Assembly (NCBI GenBank): GCA_028534125.1
Contig: CM052818.1
Coordinates: forward strand, 34,846,001 to 34,910,000
From: Lama glama
Taxonomy: Eukaryota
DNA: 64,000 bases
Direction of reading: 5' to 3'
Part shown: piece by piece, positions 52,448-64,000 of the stretch
Layout of the letters: each line of letters starts with the position of its first letter
How positions within the stretch are numbered: the stretch's first letter is position 1
Notes under the pieces: generated by a model
What the model was told of the DNA's origin: nothing
The model's database searches: none
Seen by the model: the letters and a program-made list of their open reading frames with translations, nothing else
Program-made: the position numbers and the translations under genes

Positions 52448-53130
52448 ATATAACTGAACCACTATACTGCTACACCAGAAATTAATACAACATTTGTAAA
52501 CAGACTATACTTCAATTTTAAAAAAAGATATAAGATGAAGAAAAAGACACCCATCAGTGGTATTTTGTTTTTCAGCTCAAATGGGCTACAACAAGCCACT
52601 GACGACATTAATGGTGAAGGTGAAGGTGAAGGTGTAGGTGGAGAAAAGGTTTTAGGACTTCAATTCTGAACCAGTGGTTTGGTTCTTGACTTCCTAGTTT
52701 TGTGATCCTGGATAAGCCAAGGTTTTTTAACATTAAAGAAAGACAACAATCTCTTCTGTCTGCCTCATGGGTTTGTTTGAGGATGAAAGTTGATAATTTT
52801 ACTACAGTATCAGAATTGAATTTCATGTATATCTCCCTAAACTCATTGCTTCTGGGAGAATATCATTAAATTATCATTGATGAAAATGAGGAAATCAAAC
52901 AAAAACAAACAAACAAAGAAGCAAGCAAGTGATTACTATAAAACCCAAGAGAGAGGTTACCGTAGAGAGAAAGGAAGGCACTGTGATTGCAGAGGGTCCT
53001 GCTGGGACTCCTGGGATGCTGGCAATGTTCTTTTTTTGGCCTGGGTGGTGGGTACCCTGAGGTTGTTTTATGATCATTCTTTAAGCGGAATATTTATGTA
53101 ATGCAGCTTTCTGAGTGTGTTTTATTTGAC
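51520..53130 (+). mobile_element. Old L1ME-like element, split by the insertion at 52372-52914
   Basis: L1 ORF2-end and 3'UTR motifs on both sides; …GCAAGTGATTACTATAAAAC…GGATGCTGGCAATGTTCT… resumes after the second TSD copy. Confidence 0.75.
52372..52914 (+). mobile_element. Short L1 3' end with a ~365-bp 3'-transduced segment
   Basis: 19-bp TSD (2 mismatches) at 52353-52371 and 52915-52933. L1 tail 52372-52527 is homologous to 45471-45612; a second A-rich tail lies at 52892-52914. Confidence 0.82.
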
Positions 53131-53299
53131 TGAACTATGTGAAATTGAAAATATTCAACCATTTTAACCTAATGCTTAAACCTAATGGCGATTTCGTGTG
53201 GTTCAACCTAATATTTCACAAGAAAAAATAACTTCAATTATTATTGTATTCAGTGAAGCAGCGATTCAAAATGCTGGTCATGAAGGCTGTAAATAACTT

Positions 53300-54110
53300 C
53301 ATTCACTCCTTTATCCATCAAACAAATATTTCCCAGGAGCTTGTTGTGAACCAGGCGTATTTCTAGGCACTGGGATACAGAATAAAATTCTGTCCTGGTG
53401 CTCGCGTTCTAACGGGAAGATAATGTGCAAACAGATATTGAAACACCTAGGATGTCATATTTTGATAAGCACTATGAAGAAAAGCAAAGCAGACTAAGGA
53501 TATAGAGAATGGTGAAGAGAGATTTGAAAATGGTCAAAAAGGCTGCTCTGAAATGACACTGGAAATAGCAGCTGAATACAGTCAGAGAGAAACCACGCGC
53601 AGTCAGGGGAGGAAAAGCCTGTAGCCAGGAAAGAGCAAGTGCACATGCCCTAAGGCTGGAATGCGCCCTGCAGGACAGAACAAGGAGGCCAGTGTTACTG
53701 GCTCAGACTGAGGGAAGGGGAGAGGATGAAGACGTGAAATGGGAGAAGTAAGCAGGGACCCATCACAGAAGCCCTAGGCAGCTTGGCAAGGGACTTTGGA
53801 TTTCATTCTGAGAGTGATGAGAGGCCACTGGAAGGTTGAGAGCAGGAAGTGGTATGATTTGATTTGTAGTCTAGAAGGAAGACTCTGGCTACTCCGTGGA
53901 GGAGGGAGTGGAGGGGGCTGTGGAAGCAGGGATTCCTGTTAAAATGCTACCGCAGCGTCCAGGCAAGAGATGGAGGTGACATGGACTAGGGTGGCAGTGT
54001 GGGTGGCACGTGGTATTTTGGAGTCAGGGTCGATAGATTTTGTAGGTAGACCCCAGATGTGATTTTTTGATGGATGGCCTGTAGGGGAAGAGGAAAAGGA
54101 GTCAATAATA
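53300..54110 (-). mobile_element. L2 fragment
   Basis: TTCATTCACTCCTTTATCCATCAAACAAATATT... followed by typical L2 antisense purine-rich sequence. Confidence 0.68.
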
Positions 54111-55754
54111 AGTATAATTTTTTTTAATAGGATACACCATTCTATGTATAGTATGGTCAGAACTCTTCAAAACATGTTCTTTCATTACTTCTTTAATGAG
54201 AAACTTAGGCACAGCAAAGCCTAAGGAATGCACCTGGGGAGACAATATTTTCACAGATAGGTGAAGGACCATAAAAAAGGCAGAAGCTAATTGCTACAGG
54301 GGGTAAGGAAATGAAGAGACCTGGAGGAGGCAGGAAAGTCTTTACAAAGGAGGGTGGAGTTGAAATGGGTGTTGAAAGAAGAAGGTGGAGTTAGTCCAGG
54401 TGGGGAGCAGATTGAGAGCTAAGCCTGGGGGCTTAATACAGGGCGGAGGAAAGAACACTGGCTTTGGAGTTGGAGAAATTAGGCTCAAGTCCCAATGTTT
54501 CCAGTTACTACTTGGGTTAGTGTGACTGTTAGAGAAAACATTTGTAAGCCACATATTAGGTGCTCGATAAAGGGTAGCTGCTAAAGACAGCTCTTTTTCA
54601 ATATTCAGATTTTAAATTTTTTTCAGATTTTTCTTTTCTTTGTTTTGGGGGTTGGGAGTGGGGGAGTTGACTCAAATCAACATTCCCATTCACCAGAAAT
54701 TATAGCAGAGACAGGAGAAAATAAACTATTGGGAAAAGAGGAGCTATTCATAATCTAGACCTGGTCACAATTGGGAACCGTTGAATTAGATAATCTCAGT
54801 GATTGAGAGCCCAGAAACTTGGATGTCATCCAGGGATTTTGTCACATGGTCATATCTCCCTCTGCTGGTAGAATTTGGTTTTGCAAGGTAAACCCAAATC
54901 CTGAATCACTTGCATCTGAAAATGTGCAGGCCTCAGGATTACTGAAGAGCTAACCCTGGCTTCTTGGTATGATCTCACTCTGACTCTTAATGAGACCATA
55001 CTGGAAGAAAATGCTGATATGGGGATTCCCTGGGAAAAAAAGAACTTTCATTGTCAAAGGAAACGCAGCAAAGGCAGCTTCTTCCTCCCACCAAGCCAAC
55101 AGTGGGTGTGAATTCCTAGGAAACTGTCATTCAAACCGGGTCTGCGAAGCAACAGTTCTACCATCTTCAAGGTAAACTCTCCCTATGGGAAAGACCCCCT
55201 GGGTTGCAGGTTTGGAGTCTAAAGACTGTGCCACGTGATGACTGAGTTTCCTTCCTTAGTCATTTAATTATCCTGAAGCTTGGAGTCCTCACAATATGGG
55301 ACCTCACATAAATATTTTCCCTTTTCCTGGGGCTGATGTGAGGATTGAGTGAGAGATATATGTGATCATAGTCTATTAACTGTAAATCACTCTACAAATA
55401 TAAGAGTTTATTACTGTCACTTTTTTGTCTTGTGTCCCCATTTTCTTGCCCTGGAGTTGGTGGATTCATTCGTTTAGCAACCAATATTGATTACCTAAGG
55501 GGTAAAGAGTACTGGGCTAGATATACGGGAAGGAGACACAAAGACAAAAATCACAGTCCTGTTTTCAGGGGGCACGCATAAGGTGAGGGAGACAGATTCA
55601 GCTGACCAACGTACTAGTCAGACTAAGCGTACCTTGAGACTAGTTAAACAATGAGCTATAGAGTCATGAGGAAAGGAAAGATGAGTCAGAGGGTAGAATC
55701 CGGGGAGTCAAAGATTTCCCAGGTTAGGTGATAATTATACAAAGCATGAATTCA

Positions 55755-57300
55755 TGTTCATTCATTCATTCATTAATATTTTTTGAGCACCTACTATGTG
55801 CCAGAAATTAGACTACAGATGGTCCCCAACTTATGATGGTTCGACTTATGATTTTTATTTTACAATGGTGAGAAAGTGATATGTATTCAATAGAAGTGCT
55901 ACTTCAGATTTTGAAGTTTGATCTTTTCCTGGGCTAGTGAGACGCGGTACGATCCTCTCTCTCGTGGCTGGGCGGCGGCAGTGGGCCGCAGCTCCCAGCC
56001 AGCCATGCGGTCATGCAAGTAAACAACTGATAGACTTACAACCATTCTGCCCTCATACAACCACTCTGTTTTTCACTTTCAGTATAGTATTCAGTAAATT
56101 CCATGAGATAGTCAACACTTCATTATAAAAGGCTTTGTGTTAGAGGATTTCACCCAACCGTAGGCTAATGTAAATGTTCTGAGCCCAGTTAAGGTAGGCT
56201 AGGCTAAGCTATGATGTTTGGTAGGTTAGGTGTATTAAATGCATTTTTGACTTAAGATATTTTCAATTTACAATGGGTTTATCAGGATGTAACCCCATCA
56301 CAAGTCAAGGAAGATCTGTAGTCATTGTGGATACAAAAATGAAACGCACGTACTGTCTTCACAGAAAAACAGAGGAGGTAGATGAATAATTGTTTAATTA
56401 CAATTATGCTAAGTTCTATGAAAGAAATACAGGGAACAATAAGAACGTATTACAAAGGGACATAACCTAAGTGAGGAAGTTAAGAAAGGCACCCTAAGGA
56501 GGTGACATTCAAGCTGAGAGCTGAAGGACCAAGAGCAGGTATCCAGACAAAGATGGTGAGGATAAATATTCCATGTGGCAGAAACAGAATGTGTAAGGGC
56601 CCTGTGGTAGGAAGTTGGAAAGGTGCTGAAGAAGGTCACTGGAACTAGAATACAGGGAACAAGATGCAAAGTGTGATGAGATGAGACAAGAGATATAGGC
56701 AGATACCAGGTCTTATAGGGCCTTGGGGCCTGCATTCATGAATTGGACTTTAAGAGCAGTGAGAAACATTGAAAGGTTTTAAGCAAAGGGTGACATAATC
56801 AGACATGTATTTTTAAAAGATTACTTTGCAGAGAATGGGTGGGCGGAGGTAAGAACAGACCTAGGGAGACCATATTGGAGGCTATTGTGGGAGGCCAGGC
56901 CAGAGAAGATGATGACTTAGATTGTAGTATTCAGTGCGGAAATGGAGAAGTTGATAAATCTGAGAAATAGAAAGTTGAGCTGATAGGATTTGGTGTTTGA
57001 ATAGATATGTTGAGGATGGGGGGAGCAAGTTTGGAGAGGAGGATGATGAGTTTGGTGTGAACAAGTAGAATTTCAGGTACTTGGAAGCCATCCAAGTGGC
57101 TTTGTCCATTAGAGAATTGGATATATAGAACTGGAGCACAGAGGAGAAGTCTGGATTGGAAATACAAATTTGGGAATCATTTAGACACTAAATGAAGTCA
57201 TAAGCTCTAGTGATCACTAGAGGGTGGCATTGGAAGAAAAAGATTTAGGACCAAGCTTTATTGAACTCCAGCATTTAATGTTGGAGTTGAAAGAGGTCAG
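55755..57300 (-). mobile_element. L2 element (host of the MER47 insertion)
   Basis: TTCATTCATTCATTAATATTTTTTGAGCACCTACTATGTGCCAG end motif and continuing L2 body. Confidence 0.7.
55816..56318 (-). mobile_element. MER47/Tigger5-family DNA transposon derivative inserted in L2
   Basis: TIRs CAGATGGTCCCCAACTTATGATGG / CCATCACAAGTCAAGGAAGATCTG; TA target duplication at 55814-55815 and 56319-56320; internal GTAGGCTAGGCTAAGCTATGATGTT motif. Confidence 0.85.
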
Positions 57301-59279
57301 TTAGCTAAGGATTGTGGAAAAAGGAGACACAGAATGTGAACAACCTTAAATGCAAAGGACAAAAAGAAGGAGAACTACTATTTCCTGAATGACTTCTATG
57401 TCCTGGGTGTTTTCACATACATTGTCTTGCTTAATCCTCATGTAAACCCGGTGAGTCAGGTAAGCATTCTTTTCCTCACTTTTCCCACTGAAAAAATAGG
57501 TGTTCAGAGAAGTTGAATAATTTACTTAGGGTCACACATCTTGTAAGCAACGGGATTCCAGTCTCCTTCCCGTGTTGGAGGATGTGGGCAAGTGCCTTGC
57601 CAGGTGGTGACCTTGGGTGGGGAACATAGGGCTGGATTCTTTTCTATCCAGTACTGTAGTGCCAAGCAGTTTAGCCAAGGCAGAGAAAGGGTAGTCCAAA
57701 ACCCAAAGCCAAGTGCAACAAGAAAACAGTTCAAGAGCCAAATGGTCCATTCAGAAGTCAGGTTGCTAGAGCCAAGAGAGGTTAGTCTACAAAGCCAAAA
57801 CCTCACCCAGTAATTGGTCCAAAAGCCAAGTTAATCGCAAGCAGTAGAACTTGATCAAAGAGAGGGCTAAGGCAGGCCAGGAAATTTCAGAAGTGGGGAA
57901 GCCACCAGCTAAGCTTCAAGCTTCCGAATGAGCTGGCGTTTGGGAGCTGGGGATTTGAAGACAGGGAAGAGGTGAAGAGACAGTTTTTGTAGAGTTGAAG
58001 AACTAAACAAATCCTCCATCTGGATCTCATTCAGAGAGTAAGGACAACTCAGCCCCATTGCATAGATTCAGTTCCCCTCTGCAGAGTGGAACATGGATAG
58101 GAAACCAGCTTGGTCCCTGGACTTGAGGAATTATACCTGAGTTGTATCCTAGAGGAAAAAATATGAAGAGCCCAAAATGGAACACGAAAAACAGACCTGG
58201 TCTCTCCAGGATACTCAAGGAAGCAGAAGCTGTCAGACAAACCCAAGCCAGGCCACATGCATGTATTGAGGACTTGCTTTAAAAAGTGTCTTCTCATTGG
58301 TACGATACATTATGATCCATAATTTCACTTGAGTCTCAGACCACTTCATCAGGAAACTGTTATTTCTCTCCCCTTCTCCAATTGTTTTAAACAGACGAGG
58401 AAACTAAGGCTAGGAAAAGGTAAATGACTGCCCAAAGTCACACAATTGGATGGAGACCAGAGCTGCAACTTGAATCCAAGTCTTGTTTTACACAAATTCT
58501 GGGTCTCTGCTATAGAAAAGAAATTGGTTGGGGAAGGCTGCACAGAGGAGGAGGTTCTTGATATGCCTAAGTGGCAGGGCACCAAGTACAGAATGGTGAG
58601 AAGGTCTTCTTGACAAAGGCACAAAGGTGAACACAGCAGAGCCAGAAAGAAACAAAAAATGGTTCCTAGAATGTGAACTCCTTGAGGACAAGAAGGTCCT
58701 GCTACTAGAATGAGGCCTGGAGTTTAGCAGGTGCTAAAGCTGTTTGAAGGAATGAATGTCCAGAACACAGGTTCTCTATAGGAAATTAACTGGAAGTGAG
58801 GCTGCGAAGTGGCAAGAGTCAGAAGATGGAGACGTTTTTATACAATATGGAAGGCTGCTGTTGGAGGAGGGGAAAGGACCAGGGTGCATGTGCAGAGAAG
58901 ATGTGAGGAGAGAATCAGCTGGAAGGTGGCTCCAGGGGAGAGAAGACAATGAGGGCTAGAAATAAACCAGGGTAGACAGAGAAAAGGACAGACTCAAGAA
59001 ACATTTAGGAGTTAGAATGCCTGGCGATACTTTTAAGGGTAAGGATGACACGTACAGGTCTGCAGGCAGAAAGGCATGAGCAGAAGAGAGACAGAGGATG
59101 CTGGCTGTGGAGGGAACAAGTGTGGGTAGTGGATACCCCGCTCCCCCCGCAGGTAGGCTGCAACCTCAACAGTCACTCCTGGGGTTGCAGGCCAGAGAGG
59201 GAGGGGCCTCCTGGACTGGAGAAGTCATTAGCAACCTGCCAGAACCGGGTTAACAAAGGCAGGACTACAACTCCCAGCA

Positions 59280-60148
59280 TGCCACAGCCTAGTGGGGTGA
59301 CGGCGGGCGGTGGCTGCGCTGCACTCGCCTGGTGGGCGCAGGACCTGGGTCGGCACCAGAGCCTGTCATTCCGGAGGGGTCTGCAGGGGTGCGGACTGAC
59401 GATGCACCCTGGTCCCCAGCGCACTGGCTGCGCGGGGCTCGCGTCTCCCGCCCCGCGGCCCCGCCCCTTGCCCCACCCCAGCCGGGCAGCTTAGCTGGGG
59501 CCGCAGCGCGGCGGCAACATCACTCTCGCCGCCGCTGCTCCGCCCCATCCCCTTCTGTTTTTCTCTCTCATTCTCCGGCGGCGACGGCTGGGAAGGCGGA
59601 GGCAGAGGCAGCAGCAGCCGCGCTGGCTGCAATGAATGATCCCCCAGCTGAGGGGGAGGACGCCAGGTGAGCCTCTGCCCTCGGGAGGGCCGGGACCCCC
59701 GGCCTCCCAGGACCTGCGGCCCCCGCCATGGATCCCTAGAGGAGGGGGAGGACGGGGAGGAGAAGACAGCTCTGCCACCCACCCCCATCCCATTTTCCTC
59801 TTCCTTTATCTCATTGTTGCCGTAGCTGTTTACGACAGCTCTCCCTCTGCCCCAGCATGGGGCGGGCTCCGGGAACTGCCATTCGGCAGGCTGTGCTCCC
59901 GCAGCTGCCCGGGGATTCTGCCTAATTCTTCCTCCCCAGCCGGTGCAGCGAGGACCGGAGAGCGGTGGAGGCCCGGACTGCAGCAGCGGCGGGGCCACCT
60001 CCCAGCATCCCCACCCTAGGAGGCTGCATGCAGATTGAAGAACGGCGCCTCGGGGCTGGGCTGAACCCGCTGATCTGGACCTAGGGAGGACAGCAGGACC
60101 TCCCAGGCTGCAGAGGGGGCCTGGGGGCAGGAAGGACAGAGCAGCAAG
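59280..60148 (+). promoter_or_regulatory. KIF3C: KIF3C CpG-island promoter and 5' leader
   Basis: CpG-rich stretch with GC boxes (CCCGCCCC at ~59447 and ~59460) immediately upstream of the KIF3C ATG. Confidence 0.85.
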
Positions 60149-61684
60149 ATGGCCAGTAAAACCAAAGCCAGCGAGGCCCTGAAGGTGGTGGCCCGGTGCC
60201 GCCCCCTCAGCCGGAAGGAGGAGGCTGCTGGTCACGAGCAGATCCTGACCATGGACGTGAAACTGGGCCAGGTGACCCTGCGGAACCCCCGCGCTGCCCT
60301 AGGGGAGCTGCCCAAGACCTTCACCTTTGATGCCGTGTATGATGCCAGTTCCAAGCAGGCAGACTTGTATGATGAAACCGTGAGGCCCCTGGTAGACTCA
60401 GTGCTTCAAGGTTTCAATGGCACCGTGTTTGCCTATGGACAGACTGGCACAGGCAAGACCTACACTATGCAGGGAACCTGGGTGGAGCCCGAGCTGCGCG
60501 GGGTCATCCCCAATGCCTTTGAGCATATTTTCACTCACATCTCACGCTCCCAGAACCAGCAGTACTTGGTCCGGGCTTCCTACCTGGAGATCTACCAGGA
60601 GGAGATTCGAGACCTGCTCTCCAAGGAGCCTGGCAAAAGGCTAGAGCTGAAGGAGAACCCGGAGACAGGCGTCTATATCAAGGACCTCTCCTCCTTCGTC
60701 ACCAAGAATGTCAAGGAGATCGAGCACGTGATGAACCTGGGGAACCAGACCCGGGCGGTGGGTAGCACACACATGAATGAGGTCAGCTCCCGCTCCCATG
60801 CCATCTTTGTCATCACCGTGGAGTGCAGTGAGCGTGGCTTAGATGGCCAGGACCACATCCGCGTGGGCAAGCTCAACCTGGTGGACCTGGCTGGCAGCGA
60901 GAGGCAGAACAAGGCAGGCTCCAACACAGCTGGCGGGACAGTCACACAGTCCACGGGTGGTGGCAGTGGCGGAGGCAGTGGCAGTGGTGGAGAGAGGCCT
61001 AAGGAAGCCTCCAAAATCAACCTCTCTCTGTCTGCCCTGGGCAACGTGATTGCTGCTCTGGCAGGCAGCAGGAGCACCCACATCCCCTACCGGGACTCCA
61101 AGCTGACCCGGCTGCTCCAGGACTCTCTGGGGGGGAATGCCAAGACCATCATGGTGGCCACTCTCGGGCCAGCCTCTCACAGCTACGATGAGAGCCTCTC
61201 CACCCTGCGCTTTGCCAACCGGGCCAAGAACATCAAGAACAAGCCCCGGGTGAATGAGGATCCCAAGGACACGCTGCTGCGGGAATTCCAGGAGGAGATC
61301 GCCCGCCTGAAGGCCCAGCTGGAGAAGAGGGGGATGCTGGGAAAGCGGCTCCGGAGGAAGAGCAGCCGCAGGAAGAAGGCCGTGTCAGCCCCGGCCGGGT
61401 ACCCTGAGGGCCCAGTGATTGAGGCCTGGGTGGCAGAAGAGGAGGATGACAACAACAACAACCACCGCCCGCCCCAGCCCATCCTGGAGTCGGCCTTGGA
61501 CAAGAACATGGAGAATTACCTTCAGGAGCAGAAGGAGCGGCTGGAAGAGGAGAAGGCGGCCATCCAGGATGACCGCAGCCTGGTGAGCGAGGAGAAGCAG
61601 AAACTCCTGGAGGAGAAGGAGAAGATGCTGGAAGATCTGCGCCGGGAGCAGCAGGCCACAGAGCTGCTCGCAGCCAAGTACAAG
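60149..61684 (+). CDS. KIF3C: KIF3C kinesin-2 heavy chain, first coding exon (512 codons: motor domain, neck, start of coiled coil)
   Basis: Starts [20 protein letters not shown]-loop GQTGTGKT, switch I SSRSHA, switch II DLAGSE, and the KIF3C-type Gly/Ser insert in loop L11. It ends ...AAKYK at donor AAG|GTAAGG (intron from 61685). Proximity to RAB10 matches the known mammalian arrangement. Confidence 0.97.
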
Positions 61685-61884
61685 GTAAGGGCCCCAGTGG
61701 GAGCAGGGGCACTCCAGAGGTCCCCAGAGGGACCTGGGCTGGCAGGCTTTTCTCTGAGGTTCTGTGGCCTGGCCTGAAGCAAAGTGTCCTGCCCTCCTGC
61801 CAAATGCTCCCCTGGAGAAGCCAGGCAAATTCCTATGACTCCAGGCTGCCAGGCAGAGCCTCCCAAGAGCACCTAGGAGGGGGT

Positions 61885-61919
61885 ACACACACACACGTGC
61901 ACACACACACACACACACA
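61885..61919. repeat. (CA)n microsatellite in KIF3C intron 1
   Basis: ACACACACACACGTGCACACACACACACACACA. Confidence 0.9.
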
Positions 61920-64000
61920 GCAAAGCAGGCAAGTAGTCTCTCAAACCAGTGAGCTTGGGCTGGTCTGACCTGCTGCATGTGAGTCTCTGCCAGTGGTTCC
62001 CAGTATCCATGAGGTCTGGGGGATGCCAGGCGGGCCCTCCACCTCTTTTGGTGTGTGTTCTCACTCTGATGTAGCCTTCTCCCCGTGATGTCGTCTCTCT
62101 GCAGCACCATCAAACCTCACACCATTTTAATATCTGACAATTTCACAGTTTACAAAATGCCCCGCCTCCATGATCTCATTTGATCCTGATAGTAGCCATC
62201 GAGGTACTGGTTTTAAAGCCCCATTTTACAGGTGAGGGACTAAGACTCAAGAGAAGTGACATGACTGAGGTTCCATCCTACAAAGTGACACAACTGAGCT
62301 GCAGCCAGTGGCCCTCGTGCTCTTTCAGTTCTTGGACGGCAGGACGGGACCATGAACGGGTCTTTCTCCTGTAAAAGCAGCTCCTGGGCCCGTGCGGTGC
62401 AGGGCCATTGCTTGGTAGCTTCAGAAGGAGATCGTGCAGAGGACAGGACATACTGGAGACCTGCGGTCTAGGCCTGGCTGTACTACAGCTTTTTGAATGA
62501 CCTTGTGTAAGTTGCTTCTTCCTTTCCTCAAGCCTCAGTTTCCCTTTTTATAAAATAGAGAGTTGGCCTGGGTGATCTCTGAGGCTCTTCTAACCAGAGA
62601 AGTAAAACAACTGGCCCCCACACCCAGGCCTCATCCCAGTAAGAGCCACTTTCCAATTGCTCTGAGAGACATCAGGGCCTCAGTGATCTTCCTGAGCTGC
62701 TCGCTTCCCAAGCCCTGGTGGCCCTTAGCTCCGGAGGCTCCCCTGCCTGGCCAACCACAGACCCATTAAATTTCAGTGTTGCACATGCCTCAACTCCACA
62801 TTCCAGGCATTTCCAGGTCCTGGGAGCCCTCGACACTGGTGATTGGAGGAAGGATGCAGGGAACCATGAGCTGATGACTTGCTGGGGAGAGCAAAACCTT
62901 ACCATTTCTTATCCCCTGTCTGGAGTGTGGGCTGGGGAGTAGGGAAGCCCTGCCTGGAGAGGGCAAGTGGCAGCCACTGGAAGAGGGACAGATAAACTGC
63001 ATGCCATTGTCTGTGTTACGGGAATGTGCCGCCACACCAGGGGCGCTGGCTTTGCTTGTTTAATATTTAATTCACCTCCAGGAGCTCAGTAAGTGTTATG
63101 CTGAGCCACTTCCTCAGAGAAAGAATCAGGGGCCTGGCACATTTGAAGCCATCCTGAGAGAGGCACAGAATTAAAGACAAGACAGTTAGACTCAGCTCTC
63201 CCGAGGAGGAAAGGAATAGGGCGGTCTGGTGCTTTCCACTGGGAGATCTTCCATGGGCAGCCTGTCATCGGATTCATTACCAAGAGCCCCACCACCACCC
63301 CTTGCTCCCCTTCCCCACCCATCCTTAAAGCTGGGAGGCAACAGAGCCTAAGAGAGTACAGAGGTGTACTTCAGCCCCGGGGAACTGGGTGGAGGGGATG
63401 GAGCAAAGGATCCAATGGGGTCCTTTCCATTGGGAACAATGGGGTCTCCCTTGTTGGCCACTGATTGTCTCCCTCAGTAAAATTCTTGGACCTAAGGCAA
63501 TGTGGGCACAGATAATAAAGCAGTCAAGAGATCAGGGCGGCCAGCACCAGAATTCTTGCACCAGAGGCATAGCCCACAGAACCCTCCATCTTATAGCTAC
63601 AGGGGCCTTGAAAAACTGTGGTCCGAATTTGCTAGGGCCACATATGTGAGTTGAAGGGACCTGTACTCTTTCTACTTGGTCCAGCTTCTTTCCATTATGC
63701 CAGAGTCCTGATGTTGTTACCTGAGCTATTTGATGTGCAGAGTAATTTTTTATGTAACTTTTTTATATCTTCGTCTCATGGAATCCTCCCAGCAACCTCA
63801 GGAGATGGGTGTAACTGTTTCCGTTTGACAGTGATGAAAACCAAGGCTGGGGAGGTTGCGTGACTGTCTTGATGACCCTGGGCTGATGGGCAGCAGAGCC
63901 AGGACTGGAGCCCAGGTCCTCTGAAGGCCCCAGACCTCTGCTCTTTCCCGGTCTTCACGGATCCCTCCGCGTTTGCTCTCTGTGTGACTCAGGGCAAAGG

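Noticed and set aside
57690..57835. Recurrent AGCCAA words suggesting a spaced repeat array
   Set aside because: Too short and irregularly spaced; more likely a decayed old repeat. No CRISPR-like or other array is supported, and the sequence is mammalian.
59332..60148. N-terminal extension of KIF3C from upstream AUGs
   Set aside because: An in-frame TGA at 60062-60064 precedes the main ATG. Splicing to the stronger acceptors (59939, 60019) lands upstream of this stop, so no extension results.
61685..61777. C-terminal 30 aa of the 542-aa ORF ([11 protein letters not shown]...)
   Set aside because: Read-through into intron 1 past the AAG|GTAAGG donor; not KIF3C-like.
59366..62113. Long antisense ORFs (289, 242, 159, 136 aa) over KIF3C
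   Set aside because: Expected stop-poor shadows of GC-rich coding and CpG-island DNA; no recognisable domains.

Overview
Mammalian genomic DNA, most likely camelid, inferred from six tRNA-Ala-derived SINEs of the Vic-1 type. The window holds the 5' ends of two divergently oriented genes. RAB10 is on the minus strand: coding exon 1 is at 21251-21377, its CpG-island promoter is at about 21.0-22.8 kb, and 1-21250 is intron 1. KIF3C is on the plus strand: its large first coding exon (60149-61684) encodes the whole kinesin-2 motor, with a CpG island at about 59.3-60.0 kb. The ~38 kb between them is mostly repeats (L1, HAL1, L2, MIR, CR1/L3, MLT, hAT and Tigger elements), plus a retroposed U1 snRNA pseudogene, a solo LTR nested in a SINE and a 100-N gap. 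I see no new protein-coding gene or multi-gene system. The most notable observations are: three composite insertions bounded by target-site duplications (TSDs) that look like L1 3'-transductions or chimeric retrocopies (23781-24354, 32821-33241, 52372-52914); a clean 191-bp inversion inside an old L1; a lone AUG-UAG start-stop element in the RAB10 leader; and a uORF-rich KIF3C leader with a candidate 5'UTR intron. Repeat family names come from recalled consensus sequences, not a database search, and repeat boundaries are approximate unless TSDs are quoted.
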